34,177 bases of DNA from an uncultured Bacteroidaceae bacterium (GCA_964603745.1 CAZRWZ010000003.1:1-34177), one strand, 5' to 3'; counted from the stretch's first letter, positions 9,620 through 19,428 are shown. The notes: generated by a model not told the origin, from the sequence alone. Numbers and translations are program-made.

Positions 9620-12217
9620 TTATTGCATTAATTTAAATTTAATCAAATTAATTAAAGCCTCGCCATCAATAGGTTTTGTTATAAATTCGTTAAATCCGGC
9701 ATTTAATATTATTTTTTTATCTTTTTCGTTAGAGTATGCCGTTTGAGCAATAAAAATAACATCATTATATATTGGCCATTTTTCTTTTATTTTACTCATT
9801 AATTTTATGCCGTCCCAACCATCAGGTAAATTAATATCAATAAGCATTATATCAAACTCTTTTCCGTCTTTCAACCTTTTGCTTATTAAGTCTAATGCTT
9901 CTTCGCAATTTGATGCAGAGGTAACTTTTGTAATTCGTTCTAATAAAGAATGCAATACAAGTTTGTTAAAATAATCATCTTCTACTACAAATACTTCAAA
10001 ATCTTTTTTTCTAAAAATTTCATCGGGAATGCCAATAGTTGTAGTTTCTGGTGTATAGTTTTCATTTTTTGAATTATCTGCCGGAATAAATAAACTTACA
10101 ATAGTGCCAGTTCCTTTTTTAGATGAGATTTCAATTCTACCGTTCATTAATTTAATTAATCGTTTTGCCAATGGTAGTCCTAATCCCATTCCTTGATATT
10201 TTCTTTCAAAGCCTTTGCTTTCTTGGGTAAATGATGCAAAAATATGAGGTAAAAATTCGCTGTCGATTCCTTGTCCGGTGTCTTTAATTCTGATATAAAC
10301 CTCTTCGTAATCTTTATAATAGCCTGTTTCTATGCTAATTGTGCCTTGACTAGTATATCTTACAGCATTGTCAATAACATCATTAATTATTTTTGCAAGA
10401 TTTTCTTTGTCGGATATAACTGTTGGGATATCTTGAAAATTAGTTTCAAGATTTAGTTTTTTATCATTAATTTTAAATCTGTGGAGTTCGCAAACGCTTG
10501 AGGTAACTTCATTTACAGAGAATGTTTCTTGTTTTATTACAATATCATTTGCTTCTAATCTGCTAAAATCAATAATATTATTTAATAGATTTAATAGTCT
10601 GTTGCTATTTTGAAGTATTCCACTAATAAATTCATTTATTACACTATCTTTTTCTCCTTCAAATTTTCTTTCTAATAAAGATGCCAATCCTGATATTGCA
10701 TTAAGTGGTGTTCTTATTTCGTGACTAATATTAGATAAAAAGAAATCTTTTAAATAATTAGCTCTTTTTTCTTTTTCTATTGTTGAACTAAGTGTGTTTT
10801 CAATTTGTTTTTTATTATGTATTTCGTTTTCTAGCTCTTTTGTACGGTCTTTTATTTTCTGCTCTAACTCATTGTTTAAACTTATAAGCTGTTTGTTTAT
10901 AGAAGCAATTTGTTCGTTCTTTTCTTTAAGTAATTTAGCATTAGATATTTTAGATTTAAATCTACTAAATATTAAAACTGATATTGCAATAACCAACAAA
11001 ATAGTTATTATCATAAAGTACTTAAAATTATGAGCTTTTTCAATAAATATTTTATTAGCTTCATCTTTGTCTTTAATAAATTTTAATTCTTTTTCTTTTG
11101 ATTCTATATTATATAAAACCATTAATTCTGAAAGTTTATCAGATTTCTCTTTGGAAAATAAACTGTCTTTAACAGAAATATATTTTTTTAAATAATAGTT
11201 AGAAGATTTAAAATCGTTTTTAGAAGAATAAATCTTAGAGTATTCTTCGTAAATATCTTTTAATGTGTTATTTATTTTTAATCTTTTAGATATTACTTCT
11301 GCTTTTTGTAAATAATCAATGGCTATTTCATTAAATTTTAGTGCATGATAAGTTTTGCCTAAACTTGTATAAATAAGAGCTTTAAGCTTGTCGTTTTTTT
11401 GGCGTTCGCTTATAAATAAAACTTTTTTGTAAAATTCTAATGCTTTGTCGTAATCTGCTTTGTAGTAATACATATCACCCTTATTGCCATAAGAATTAGC
11501 TAAGCCCATGTCATCATTACATTCAATTCTTAGTTTTATCGATTTATTAAAATAAAAAAGTGCAGAATCATATTGATTTATTTTAGAATATGTACCTCCT
11601 AAGTTATTTAAAAAATATGCATACGTTCTAATATCATCTTTTTCTTTTAATAATGATTTTGATTTATTAAAAAACTCAATAGCTAAATCGTATTTCCCTG
11701 AACCTTTATATACCAAACCAATATTATTATAAACAGCTGCAATTTTTTTATTTAAACATAATTCTTGATACATTTTTAGTGCTTCAAGAAAATATTCTAA
11801 TGATTTGTCGTAAATATCCCAATTAAAATACATTACGCCTAATTGATTTAGCGATTTAGCTACTTCTTTTTTGTGTTTTTCATCTTTCTTATATTCTTTT
11901 AATGCCATTCTAGTGTATTTAATGGCATTTTTATAATCCGATTTATAATAATAGATGTCTGTTAAAGTATTAATGCTTTTAATTTTATATTCAGATGTGT
12001 TTTTTTTAGTAGAAATTAAATATGCTTTATTTGCGTAATACAAAGCAGTATCATAGTTTATGGTATAATATTGTTTTGATAATTCTAATAAATCTTTAAT
12101 ATTTTTTTCTTCAGAAGATTTATCAATAACAGTCTTTAAACTATCAATTTTATTAGCAAATAAAAAAGTAGAACAAAACAAAAGAATTAGTAATATGTTT
12201 ATATTATAGAGTTTCAT
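9620..12217 (-). CDS. Hybrid sensor histidine kinase/response regulator with N-terminal TPR array
   Basis: ORF track, 865 aa. Signal/TM segment, many TPR-like repeats, a second TM segment and a coiled coil. H-box FLSNISHEIRTPLNAISG. HATPase boxes (NAVRYT, IKDTGQGI, GMGLGL). C-terminal receiver domain (VVEDD..., MLIDINLPD, ITKP). Confidence 0.9.
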   Translation of the reverse strand: MKLYNINILLILLFCSTFLFANKIDSLKTVIDKSSEEKNIKDLLELSKQYYTINYDTALYYANKAYLISTKKNTSEYKIKSINTLTDIYYYKSDYKNAIKYTRMALKEYKKDEKHKKEVAKSLNQLGVMYFNWDIYDKSLEYFLEALKMYQELCLNKKIAAVYNNIGLVYKGSGKYDLAIEFFNKSKSLLKEKDDIRTYAYFLNNLGGTYSKINQYDSALFYFNKSIKLRIECNDDMGLANSYGNKGDMYYYKADYDKALEFYKKVLFISERQKNDKLKALIYTSLGKTYHALKFNEIAIDYLQKAEVISKRLKINNTLKDIYEEYSKIYSSKNDFKSSNYYLKKYISVKDSLFSKEKSDKLSELMVLYNIESKEKELKFIKDKDEANKIFIEKAHNFKYFMIITILLVIAISVLIFSRFKSKISNAKLLKEKNEQIASINKQLISLNNELEQKIKDRTKELENEIHNKKQIENTLSSTIEKEKRANYLKDFFLSNISHEIRTPLNAISGLASLLERKFEGEKDSVINEFISGILQNSNRLLNLLNNIIDFSRLEANDIVIKQETFSVNEVTSSVCELHRFKINDKKLNLETNFQDIPTVISDKENLAKIINDVIDNAVRYTSQGTISIETGYYKDYEEVYIRIKDTGQGIDSEFLPHIFASFTQESKGFERKYQGMGLGLPLAKRLIKLMNGRIEISSKKGTGTIVSLFIPADNSKNENYTPETTTIGIPDEIFRKKDFEVFVVEDDYFNKLVLHSLLERITKVTSASNCEEALDLISKRLKDGKEFDIMLIDINLPDGWDGIKLMSKIKEKWPIYNDVIFIAQTAYSNEKDKKIILNAGFNEFITKPIDGEALINLIKFKLMQ

Positions 12218-12381
12218 TAAATCTTATTGTCAAATACAAATGTAATATTAATTATCCCAAAACAGTGTATAATTAGGATTATTTTTTTTAAAAGTCTTAT
12301 ATTTTGTTAAAAAAACGATGCTATTATAATATTATTTGTTAAGTATTTTGCTTTAACATATAATTTTTTCATCTTTACCCT

Positions 12382-13107
12382 GTGAAATTATACACAGAAA
12401 ATATTGTAAAGAAATATGGTTCAAGAACTGTTGTAAAAGGTGTATCTATTGAAGTAAATCAAGGAGAGATTGTTGGTTTACTTGGACCAAACGGTGCAGG
12501 AAAAACAACATCTTTTTATATGATTGTTGGTTTAATTAAGCCACATACAGGTAAAATATTTTTAGATGATAAGGATATTACAAAATATCCAATGTATAAA
12601 AGAGCTCGTTTGGGTATTGGGTATCTAGCTCAAGAGGCTTCGGTTTTTCGTAAAATGAGTATAGAGGATAATATTTCTGCTGTTTTGGAGCTTTCAAAAT
12701 TTTCTAAAGAAGAACAACGCCATCGATTAGAAAATTTACTTGATGAATTTGGTCTTCAGAAAATACGTAAAAGTTTAGGTATTCAGCTTTCGGGAGGAGA
12801 ACGTCGTCGTTGCGAAATTGCTCGTGCCTTATCTATCGACCCTGCTTTTATTTTACTAGACGAGCCATTTGCTGGTGTCGATCCTATTGCTGTAGAAGAT
12901 ATTCAAGAAATTGTATCAAAACTAAAAAATAAAAATATTGGTATTTTAATTACCGACCATAATGTTCACGAAACTTTATCAATTACCGATAGAACTTATC
13001 TGCTTTTTGAAGGCAGCATATTAAAATCTGGTAATGCAAAAGATCTTGCCGAAGACGAACAGGTTAGAAAAGTTTATCTTGGTAAAAACTTTGAACTAAG
13101 ACAATAA
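12382..13107 (+). CDS. lptB: LPS export ABC transporter ATP-binding protein LptB
   Basis: ORF track, 241 aa, GTG start. Walker A GPNGAGKTT, signature LSGGERRR, Walker B ILLDEPFAGVDP. Near-colinear similarity to E. coli LptB, including the C-terminal VRKVYLG. Confidence 0.9.
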   Translation: MKLYTENIVKKYGSRTVVKGVSIEVNQGEIVGLLGPNGAGKTTSFYMIVGLIKPHTGKIFLDDKDITKYPMYKRARLGIGYLAQEASVFRKMSIEDNISAVLELSKFSKEEQRHRLENLLDEFGLQKIRKSLGIQLSGGERRRCEIARALSIDPAFILLDEPFAGVDPIAVEDIQEIVSKLKNKNIGILITDHNVHETLSITDRTYLLFEGSILKSGNAKDLAEDEQVRKVYLGKNFELRQ

Positions 13108-13130
13108 GTTATTATATAGGAGACTTCTAA

Positions 13131-13284
13131 TAATTAGCGTCTGTTCATAAAGTCAAGAGATTGAACTATAAAGTTCGAGTTCAAAGCGTGTGAGGAATTT
13201 AAACCGCAGAATACAAAAGTATTTGAGGATTTAAATTTTGAGCAACAACGCAGAAATCGGACTTTATAGACAAGCTCTAATTAG
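13131..13284. repeat. REP-B copy 1: MITE-like element with ~24-bp terminal inverted repeats
   Basis: Left end is taattagcgtctgttcataaagtc. The right end reverse-complements to taattagagcttgtctataaagtc. The interior carries two gagga-atttaaa-N-gcagaa modules. An inverted homologous copy lies at 24151-24326. Confidence 0.8.
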
Positions 13285-16200
13285 TCTTTTTCTCTAACAA
13301 GTTGTAATGCACCTTTTACTTCAGTTTCTTCGTCGTCGTACACTCCTTTGTATCTAATTACATAGAAATATACACCTGGTGAAGCATAATTGTTTCCAAC
13401 TTTACCGTCCCAACCAGCTTCTTCAGTTCTCCAGTCATCCCATTGATATAAAACTTTACCCCAACGGTTCATAATAAATCCTTCAAATGCTTTTAAAGAT
13501 TTAGCATATACTTGGAAATAATCGTTAGAGCCATCGCCATTAGGTGTAAATACATTAGGTATTTTAATATACGATTCGCTATCAACCATAATAAATCTGT
13601 ATGCAGTAGTATCGTAACAACCTTCTGTGCTTTTAACAATAAGGTCAATTTCGTAGTTTCCTTCTGAGAAAGTATAAGTTGGATATTCGTCTTTAGATTC
13701 GTAGATAATATTACCTTCTTCATCTCTAACAATCCAATTATATTTACTAGCATCAACGGTGTTATGATACATTGTAACATCAAGAGGTGCTGTTCCTTCT
13801 GTATTCATTCTTTCATCATCAATAACAGCATCTATAAAACCACTCTCACCAACAATTAATTGTAATGTATCTTTACAATGATGTTGTTCTCCTACATATC
13901 CCGGGTCTAATGTAATTAGCGATACGTAATCAACAGCAACATAGCTTGTGTCTGATGAAGTTAAACCATAAATAGAATCTATCACACAATTTGCTCCATT
14001 ATCAATTTGTTCGTCAAATCCTTGTATATTATTTTCCGGATCAGCTACCAAAGTAGAACTTTGCCAGCAATTCATTATTGCATAAGAAATAGTATCTTCA
14101 CAAGTTGTAATACTATCGTTAATTATCTTAATAATACCATTATTCTGCCCACATGTTGCATCTCTATTTTCAAACTTAGGATAAACAATTTCCGGTTCTT
14201 TAATAAATGTTGCACCATTTGTTGGAGAAGTACAACCCCAATCACTATGTGTAAGCAAACTTACTTTATGAAGAAGATTATCACAATCGCCATCGGTTGT
14301 CCATCTAACATAATGGCTACCTTGTTTTAAGCTGTCTATATTAGTGCTTGTTCCACTTTCTGTGCTATCTATAGTTGGATTATCAAAGAATTGCCAAGAC
14401 CAACTTGTAGGATTTGCATCGTTATCTGGTTCTGCCCATATTTTGGCAGCTTCTCCATGGCAATAAGGTCTGCGGAAACCTATTTCTCCAGAAGGTCTTT
14501 TAGCAAAAGATAATAATAATGTATCTTTATCTTCGCAACCATTTTCAGAGTTTGTTCCTGTCCATACCAAAGTATAATAATCGTTTCCGGATATTCCTGT
14601 AGAGTTCCATATAATTACAGACACAGAATCGTTCTCTACTTGTGAAACATTACCACTTGCATCAGGATTAAAAAATGATATTCCTGAACTTGCTTTAGAC
14701 CAATAGCCGTCTCCTATATTTATACTAGGATTTAATATATAAAAACCTCCGCCATCAGCTAAACAAACAGTATCAGTTCTTACAGAGTCTACATATTCGC
14801 CTGTAGAAGTTATTGTATTTTCTAATCTATAACAACCCGGACAAGCATCAACTTGTGGTTTTTGTTTAAATGTTACTGTAACAAAATCTGAAGTGTCTTG
14901 ACATACAGGATAATTACTACCCGGTATTATTCCATTTTCTATTACATAAGCAAAAGATGCTGTTCCATAATCACCTGCTGTAACTGTAGTATTAGCTTCA
15001 TGATCACTAGGATCCCAATCAACACCATTTCCTGATAAAGAAATCCAGTATCCTGTTGCACAGTATATGTTTTGAGAATTTGTAAGATCAAGCTTTAAAC
15101 CACAAACCTCAGGTTCTATAATCACAGTATTGTTATCTGCCTGTATATCAGGATAGAAAAATGCTTTCATAGTGTCTTTTGCTACACATTGAGTTCCTGT
15201 GAAAGAACCAATATTATATTCTTGCCATATCATTGTAACAGAATCTACACAATAATGCTCTGGTACAGGAAAAGTGATATACGCATTTGGGTTGTGTTGT
15301 TGATCAGGATCTTCAACTATTGGCATTGTAGTGTTTGCAGTAGTATCAAAAAAGGCAGAATCAGTCCAATAAATAGGAGCATTTTGCCAAGTTCCATAAG
15401 CAGAAGTTCCGCTGGCATCTACCTGAGCATTCATTTGTAGTCTCCAACCACAAATACTTGTGTCGTTTCCTGCACTAATTTCAGGTATTCTAATAAATTC
15501 AATTATAACAGTATCGGTGCTTGCACAAGATTCCATATTGATATTATATTCGTGCCAAACAAAATAATAAGTGCCATATTCTGTAACAGTTATTGATGTT
15601 GCATTAGTATCTTGTGCTGCTTCACTTCCATCTCCAAATGTTACTGAACCACCTGCAGGAACAGAGTCTATTGACCAATGTCCTGCTGATGCATTAATTG
15701 ACGGTGTAGCATGTAATCTCCATTTTTGTCCACAAACACCAATATCCATACCTGCATTTGCTTCGGGTTGTTCAAAGAATGTTATTGTTACCCAACTATC
15801 TGATGTACACTCTGAACCGGAAACTCCTGTGCTACTAGCAGACCAAATAAGTGTAAATTCTACTTGTGAAGAATCTGTCCATTCTAACATATTTGGATTT
15901 ATCGAAATCCAAGTGTTTGGGTCGTTTGGGCTTAATATTGTTAATCTATTATCGGGGCAAGTCCAATGTCCTTGACCTAAAGCTTGCATTTGATAAGAAG
16001 ATTCGCATGTTTCATCATTATTACCCGGATAAGATAATTCGGCAGGGCGTTCAAAAGTTATATCTATATGGTCTTGGCTTTCGCACATACCATTAGAAAC
16101 ATGCCAGTAAAATTGTTCTGTAACATAATCATCTTGACCCCAACTTGGCAAAATTGTTATACAAACATCTGTTACTGTATCAGAAGGAGCTATATATGCT

Positions 16201-18461
16201 CCGTTAGGAGCTGTCCAATATCCATAAAAACCAGGACCCCAGTTTCCAACAGTATCAACAGATAAGCATACAGTGTTTCCACAAGTATCGGCTCCGTTAA
16301 TAATAATATTTGGCATTTGTATAAAAGCAACCTCTACACTTGATGTGTCAGAACACACATTATTAGGGTCAGTTTCTACCCAAAATAAATTATATACTCC
16401 GTAGTTTGCTGTAACAGATGGAGTAGGCGAAGTATTAGGATTAATTGTTACTCCGGTAGTATTTAACCAATGTCCGGTATTACCGGCACTAATAGAGGCA
16501 TGTAAACCTCCTGATGTGCTACAAAAAGCAGTATCTTGTCCTGCAAAAGTATTTATTGTTGGATAAAATGTTATAATTACTTGGTCTGTTGAATCGCAAT
16601 CTCCACTAATTTCGTGATATCCGAAAGTATAAGCTCCCGGCATATTAACTGTTACTTGCGATTGATTATTATTTATTTCACTAAAATCGACACTAGAAGA
16701 TGCCGGAGAATTAATAACTACCCACTCCATATTATTACCCGGAGAAGGAGTATAACCATTCATGCTGTAAATTAATCCACATACATCTTCGTCGGCACCT
16801 GCATCAGGGTGAGGTATTGTACAACAACCATCTGTTCCTGCAGGTAATATACTAACAGAACCTGTTGCAACTTCGGAGGTACAACCATTTTCGGTTACCT
16901 GTAAAGTTATTTGAGCAGGAGAGCAATCTGCAGCTGTTCCCATAGCAAACTGGATTGTTAAAGAATCCGGATTTGTATCGCTTCCTATTAATGTTGCTCC
17001 TGTACATGAGCTTGGCCATGTCCAGTTATATGTAGCACTATTGCTGGCATTACCTACATAAATTAAACTAGCAGTAGAACCTTCGCATATTACATCAGAA
17101 TTAAAAGTAGCAGTAGGTAATTGATTAACTGTTACCGTTTGTTGGCTATTTGCATCAGAGCAACCATTTTCGGCATCAACTTGTAGTGTTATATTATTTG
17201 AACCAACCGGCATAATAACATCATAATCTCCTTGTCCCGATCCTGAAACCACTGTACCACCTGCAAAATCCCAAGTATATGTATCAGTAGCTGTTCCGTT
17301 ACCTGTATATTCTACATGAACCGTATCTCCTTCGCATACTGGTGTTGTTGCTGTAAAATCGGCTGTTATTGGTTGGTTATCTTCAATTGTAATAGTAATT
17401 GTATCTGTTCCACAAACAGATGTTTGTATTATTAAATCAATAGTTTCATTGCCTTCTATATTGCCATCTAAAGTAGGAGTTATCACTATTGCTGTAGAAT
17501 CTTCTCCTGCATTAAATTGGATAGTTCCATTTAAATTATTGTAATCTGTTCCGTTTGTTGCTGTTCCTTCAATTGTATAAGTAATTGTTGAGTCAGAAAT
17601 AACAGGTTGTTCTAAAGTAAAGGAAATAACAACATCTCCACATCCTTCAATAACTGTTCCTGTTGCGTTAGTATTGGTATATGATAAATCAATATCTAAA
17701 GCATTACTAGAAAAACTATTTGCTTCTAAAAATATAGCAGAATCAAATACAGAATCTCCAGCATCTCCTATTGCAATTTTTATATGATATGTTTCGCAAG
17801 CTGTAACATCTAATGATACTGTTAATACTGTTGTTAATCCATCATATTCTACAGTTGTACCACCTGTATTATCAACATAATATTGAGTAGGAAAAACATT
17901 GTCAATTGTAACGGGGTCGGTGCTATTTGGCATTAAAGCAACATTTTTACTGTTATTAGAAAATGGGCCAGATATTCCGGGTCCATTAACAAAAAAGCCA
18001 AATACATCATTAAAATCAGAGCCTACATATTCAGGAAATTCTTCTGATGCAAAAACATATTTAAATTCAACATGGTCTGATAAAGGCACAAAATCAAATT
18101 CTAATACAACGGCATCATTAATTGAATAATTTGAGCCTAATAATTGTTGTAAATCTGGGTCGCTTCCCGAATCAACAGTAGCACCTGCTCCCGGCTGAGT
18201 ATTTGCCGCTAATGCTAGGTTTACATCGCCACAAGCCAAAATTACGCCTCGGTCTAAACCAATTGATGTTGAAGCACAATTGCTAAATTCTCCAATTACT
18301 GCACTTGATGTGGTGTTAATTGTAATGTTAGAAATGTCTACTCCACCACCTACAATAACATCGTTTACGTAATAATCTACGCCTGCACCTGTGGTTACAG
18401 TTTGTGAATAAGATAACAATGTTGTTATCATTAATCCAATAATTAATATATATTTTTTCAT
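13281..18461 (-). CDS. Giant secreted T9SS cargo protein: choice-of-anchor-L N-domain, Calx-beta-like, PKD-like and novel repeats, type-B (gliding motility-associated) C-terminal sorting domain
   Basis: ORF track, 1726 aa, with signal peptide. N-terminal motifs DPDLQQLL..NDAVVLEFDFVPLSDHVEFKYVFASEEFPEYVGSDFNDVFGFFVNGPG...YHIKIAIGDAGDSVFDSAIFLEANSF indicate a choice-of-anchor L domain. TITYTIEGTATNGTDYNNLNGTIQFNAGEDS is Calx-beta-like. The C-terminus IPNVFTPNGDGSNDYF...NRWGKVLY...WDGK...ASPGVYFYVI is a T9SS type-B CTD. Confidence 0.9.
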   Translation of the reverse strand: MKKYILIIGLMITTLLSYSQTVTTGAGVDYYVNDVIVGGGVDISNITINTTSSAVIGEFSNCASTSIGLDRGVILACGDVNLALAANTQPGAGATVDSGSDPDLQQLLGSNYSINDAVVLEFDFVPLSDHVEFKYVFASEEFPEYVGSDFNDVFGFFVNGPGISGPFSNNSKNVALMPNSTDPVTIDNVFPTQYYVDNTGGTTVEYDGLTTVLTVSLDVTACETYHIKIAIGDAGDSVFDSAIFLEANSFSSNALDIDLSYTNTNATGTVIEGCGDVVISFTLEQPVISDSTITYTIEGTATNGTDYNNLNGTIQFNAGEDSTAIVITPTLDGNIEGNETIDLIIQTSVCGTDTITITIEDNQPITADFTATTPVCEGDTVHVEYTGNGTATDTYTWDFAGGTVVSGSGQGDYDVIMPVGSNNITLQVDAENGCSDANSQQTVTVNQLPTATFNSDVICEGSTASLIYVGNASNSATYNWTWPSSCTGATLIGSDTNPDSLTIQFAMGTAADCSPAQITLQVTENGCTSEVATGSVSILPAGTDGCCTIPHPDAGADEDVCGLIYSMNGYTPSPGNNMEWVVINSPASSSVDFSEINNNQSQVTVNMPGAYTFGYHEISGDCDSTDQVIITFYPTINTFAGQDTAFCSTSGGLHASISAGNTGHWLNTTGVTINPNTSPTPSVTANYGVYNLFWVETDPNNVCSDTSSVEVAFIQMPNIIINGADTCGNTVCLSVDTVGNWGPGFYGYWTAPNGAYIAPSDTVTDVCITILPSWGQDDYVTEQFYWHVSNGMCESQDHIDITFERPAELSYPGNNDETCESSYQMQALGQGHWTCPDNRLTILSPNDPNTWISINPNMLEWTDSSQVEFTLIWSASSTGVSGSECTSDSWVTITFFEQPEANAGMDIGVCGQKWRLHATPSINASAGHWSIDSVPAGGSVTFGDGSEAAQDTNATSITVTEYGTYYFVWHEYNINMESCASTDTVIIEFIRIPEISAGNDTSICGWRLQMNAQVDASGTSAYGTWQNAPIYWTDSAFFDTTANTTMPIVEDPDQQHNPNAYITFPVPEHYCVDSVTMIWQEYNIGSFTGTQCVAKDTMKAFFYPDIQADNNTVIIEPEVCGLKLDLTNSQNIYCATGYWISLSGNGVDWDPSDHEANTTVTAGDYGTASFAYVIENGIIPGSNYPVCQDTSDFVTVTFKQKPQVDACPGCYRLENTITSTGEYVDSVRTDTVCLADGGGFYILNPSINIGDGYWSKASSGISFFNPDASGNVSQVENDSVSVIIWNSTGISGNDYYTLVWTGTNSENGCEDKDTLLLSFAKRPSGEIGFRRPYCHGEAAKIWAEPDNDANPTSWSWQFFDNPTIDSTESGTSTNIDSLKQGSHYVRWTTDGDCDNLLHKVSLLTHSDWGCTSPTNGATFIKEPEIVYPKFENRDATCGQNNGIIKIINDSITTCEDTISYAIMNCWQSSTLVADPENNIQGFDEQIDNGANCVIDSIYGLTSSDTSYVAVDYVSLITLDPGYVGEQHHCKDTLQLIVGESGFIDAVIDDERMNTEGTAPLDVTMYHNTVDASKYNWIVRDEEGNIIYESKDEYPTYTFSEGNYEIDLIVKSTEGCYDTTAYRFIMVDSESYIKIPNVFTPNGDGSNDYFQVYAKSLKAFEGFIMNRWGKVLYQWDDWRTEEAGWDGKVGNNYASPGVYFYVIRYKGVYDDEETEVKGALQLVREKD

Positions 18462-18509
18462 AATTTGGTTTTTAAATATAATAAAATTGTTATTAGTATT
18501 TTTTGAAAT

Positions 18510-18908
18510 TTATAAATTTCCTATTTGTGCAGGATTATATTCTTTGTTATTTATTAAAATCTTATAAACGCCAATTTTACTAAAAAAATATTCGTAATAT
18601 TTCCAATGATTTGCATATTTGTATAAAACAAGTTTAGCAGTTCTTTCACCGTTTTCGTTGGTATCAGAAATAGTTATACTTGTTACTCCTCTATAGCCGG
18701 AAATTTTATTTTTTAGAGTTTCTAGACTAGAATTATCGTTTAAATTTTGTATTGTAAACGTAAATTCTTTTGGTGTTTCTTTATTTTCAAATTGAGTGGT
18801 AAAATCACTTGTTTTTTCAAAAACAAACACTAAATTATTTGTGGCATTCTGTGCAAAAGTTATAAAAGAAAATACAATTGCAATTAATAATAAAAATACT
18901 TTTTTCAT
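18510..18908 (-). CDS. Small secreted hypothetical protein
   Basis: ORF track, 132 aa. Signal peptide MKKVFLLLIAIVFSFITFAQ. Its stop lies 48 bp upstream of the giant cargo gene on the same strand, so co-transcription is plausible. I recognise no motif. Confidence 0.6.
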   Translation of the reverse strand: MKKVFLLLIAIVFSFITFAQNATNNLVFVFEKTSDFTTQFENKETPKEFTFTIQNLNDNSSLETLKNKISGYRGVTSITISDTNENGERTAKLVLYKYANHWKYYEYFFSKIGVYKILINNKEYNPAQIGNL

Positions 18909-19194
18909 AATACTATTTTTGGTTACATCTAATATGACAGTTTTAAAAACAAAATAGTTGCCTTAAAAAACTAAAAAACAATATTACAATTTTTTTTAGG
19001 TTTTTACAAAAAAAATATTCTGCTTAGATATAGTGGTAAGTCAAGATTGTAATATACTTATTACCAACAGAATACTTCTACGGGTTGATTTTTATTGAAG
19101 TCCAATATTGTGGGTATAATTTTTAAAGTTTGTTTATAAAATCTTACTTTAAGCTTGTTGTTTAAAATTTAAATTCTAACACAACTTGACATTG

Positions 19195-19330
19195 CGATTT
19201 TAATTTTGTGCAGAAATTAGACTTTAGACCCTTGCTTCACTCTGCGAGTTCACAATGATGGGAGAATTTAAAGAGATTACTTCGCTACGCTCGTAATGAC
19301 TCTATAATTTTACGGTTCTGCCGAAAATAT
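19195..19330. repeat. Mosaic of REP-B-derived fragments
   Basis: gcgattttaattttgtgcagaaattagactttagac parallels the REP-B right end (ggatttaaattttgag..gcagaaatcggactttatagac). gggagaatttaaagag resembles the internal module. ttacggttctgccgaaaatat resembles the 9503 terminus (ttagggtctgctgaaaatct). Confidence 0.55.
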
Positions 19331-19428
19331 CGTATATTACCAAATAAAGTATAAAAACTGCTATGTTAAAATATTACATTCGTTATTTTGTTTATTGTAA
19401 GAAAATAATTATTAGAAGTCCTTTTAAA

